Assembly (NCBI GenBank): GCA_030688225.1
Contig: JAUYIO010000039.1
Coordinates: 1-32,707, forward strand
Reading direction: 5' to 3'
Source: Nanobdellota archaeon
GTDB taxonomy: Archaea; Nanobdellota; Nanobdellia; Pacearchaeales; GW2011-AR1
DNA: 32,707 nucleotides
The translations under genes were made by a program, and so were the position numbers. Shown here one piece after another: positions 32,137 to 32,707 of this stretch; positions within the stretch are counted from its first letter, which is position 1; each line of letters begins with the position of its first letter. The notes under the pieces are model-generated. The model worked only from the letters and a program-made list of their open reading frames with translations. It made no database searches and had not been told where the DNA came from.

Positions 32137-32707
32137 CCATACCTCCAATTCCTCTTCTGATGTTCAAAATCTTTTTCAATTTCTTCAAGAGAAGTTATTT
32201 CTGAAAGAGGTTTGTCAGGCCTTAAAGCTGTAAATCTTGGAAATCTTAAAGCCCATCCAGAATTATAATTTGGAGATCTCTGAATTTCTTGATAAGTAAC
32301 AGAGACTATTATCTTTGGCTTTATTTTAACTTTTTTTCCTTTCTCCTCGGTAATAAAAGGTTTTAATTTTTCAGTCAGTTCTTTAAAAGTGACTTTATTA
32401 TTCTCATTTTCCTTTTCTCCAATTCCTGTTCCCATTTTTCCAATCTCTAAAAATTTATTTCCTTTTCTACACGACAAAATAAAACTTGACATCCATCCCA
32501 TTCTTTTTCCAGCTCCGTATTCTGCACCAGTAATTACCAAATCCAAATCTCTCTCTTCTGGTTTAATCTTCAACATGTTCCCAACTCTTCTCCCCGGCTT
32601 GTAAGGAGCCTTAAGATTTTTCATCATAATTCCTTCCTGATTATCTTTAAGAGCTTTTTTATAAAATTCACTTGCCTTTTTTTCATCTCCAGTTATAATT
32701 TGATTTG
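32133..32707 (-). CDS. lig: ATP-dependent DNA ligase, C-terminal (OB-fold) part; the N-terminal part lies outside the window
   Basis: The frame stays open upstream of the track's Met at 32627, right to the window edge. The translation is ...EGIMMKNLKAPYKPGRRVGNMLKIKPE.DLDLVITGAEYGAGKR.G....F.L. These are ligase motifs IV-V followed by the start of the OB-fold domain. Confidence 0.85.
   Translation of the reverse strand, partial: NQIITGDEKKASEFYKKALKDNQEGIMMKNLKAPYKPGRRVGNMLKIKPEERDLDLVITGAEYGAGKRMGWMSSFILSCRKGNKFLEIGKMGTGIGEKENENNKVTFKELTEKLKPFITEEKGKKVKIKPKIIVSVTYQEIQRSPNYNSGWALRFPRFTALRPDKPLSEITSLEEIEKDFEHQKRNWRYG

Noticed and set aside
1-32707. Mobile genetic element, prophage or defence island
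   Set aside because: I recognised no integrase, transposase, capsid/terminase, restriction-modification, cas or reverse-transcriptase genes. The backbone is housekeeping information-processing genes. Only the cassette at 9235-9923, bounded by the 27-bp repeats, hints at mobility.

Overview
The window is visibly AT-rich and gene-dense, and it is clearly archaeal. It encodes TBP, TFS, aIF2-beta, aRF1, MCM, Cdc48, RadB, Rpo11/RpoL, ScpB, a type IA topoisomerase, ValRS, type-2 MetAP, a Sec11-type signal peptidase and an intron-containing tRNA-Lys(CUU). A PolB C-terminus and an ATP-dependent DNA ligase fragment sit at the two edges. The small genes, tiny spacers and many lineage-specific small membrane proteins suggest a reduced, DPANN-like archaeon, but that is inference only. 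Most first genes have TTTATAAA-type boxes about 21 nt upstream of the ATG, which fits leaderless mRNAs. Operon-internal genes instead overlap by ATGA and carry GGAGG-type SD sites.

I found no CRISPR array, transposase, integrase or rRNA. The leads most worth follow-up are:
- A translationally coupled five-gene operon at 2392-4100 (-). It encodes an exported protein with a caspase/CHAT-like His-Cys dyad, a 47-aa RHH protein missing from the ORF track, a stand-alone receiver domain, a Zn-ribbon protein and a 74-aa protein.
- A membrane-anchored protein at 373-1011 whose H..Y..Y..E spacing mimics the PARP/DarT-type ADP-ribosyltransferase core.
- A Zn-ribbon plus AbrB-like protein coupled to cdc48.
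- A single membrane-protein gene bracketed by perfect 27-bp direct repeats.
- Several unusually long spacers that carry recurrent GC-rich hairpins and motifs, orphan TATA boxes and direct repeats, which may be ncRNAs or regulatory elements.

All functional calls rest on motif recognition by eye. No database search was run.
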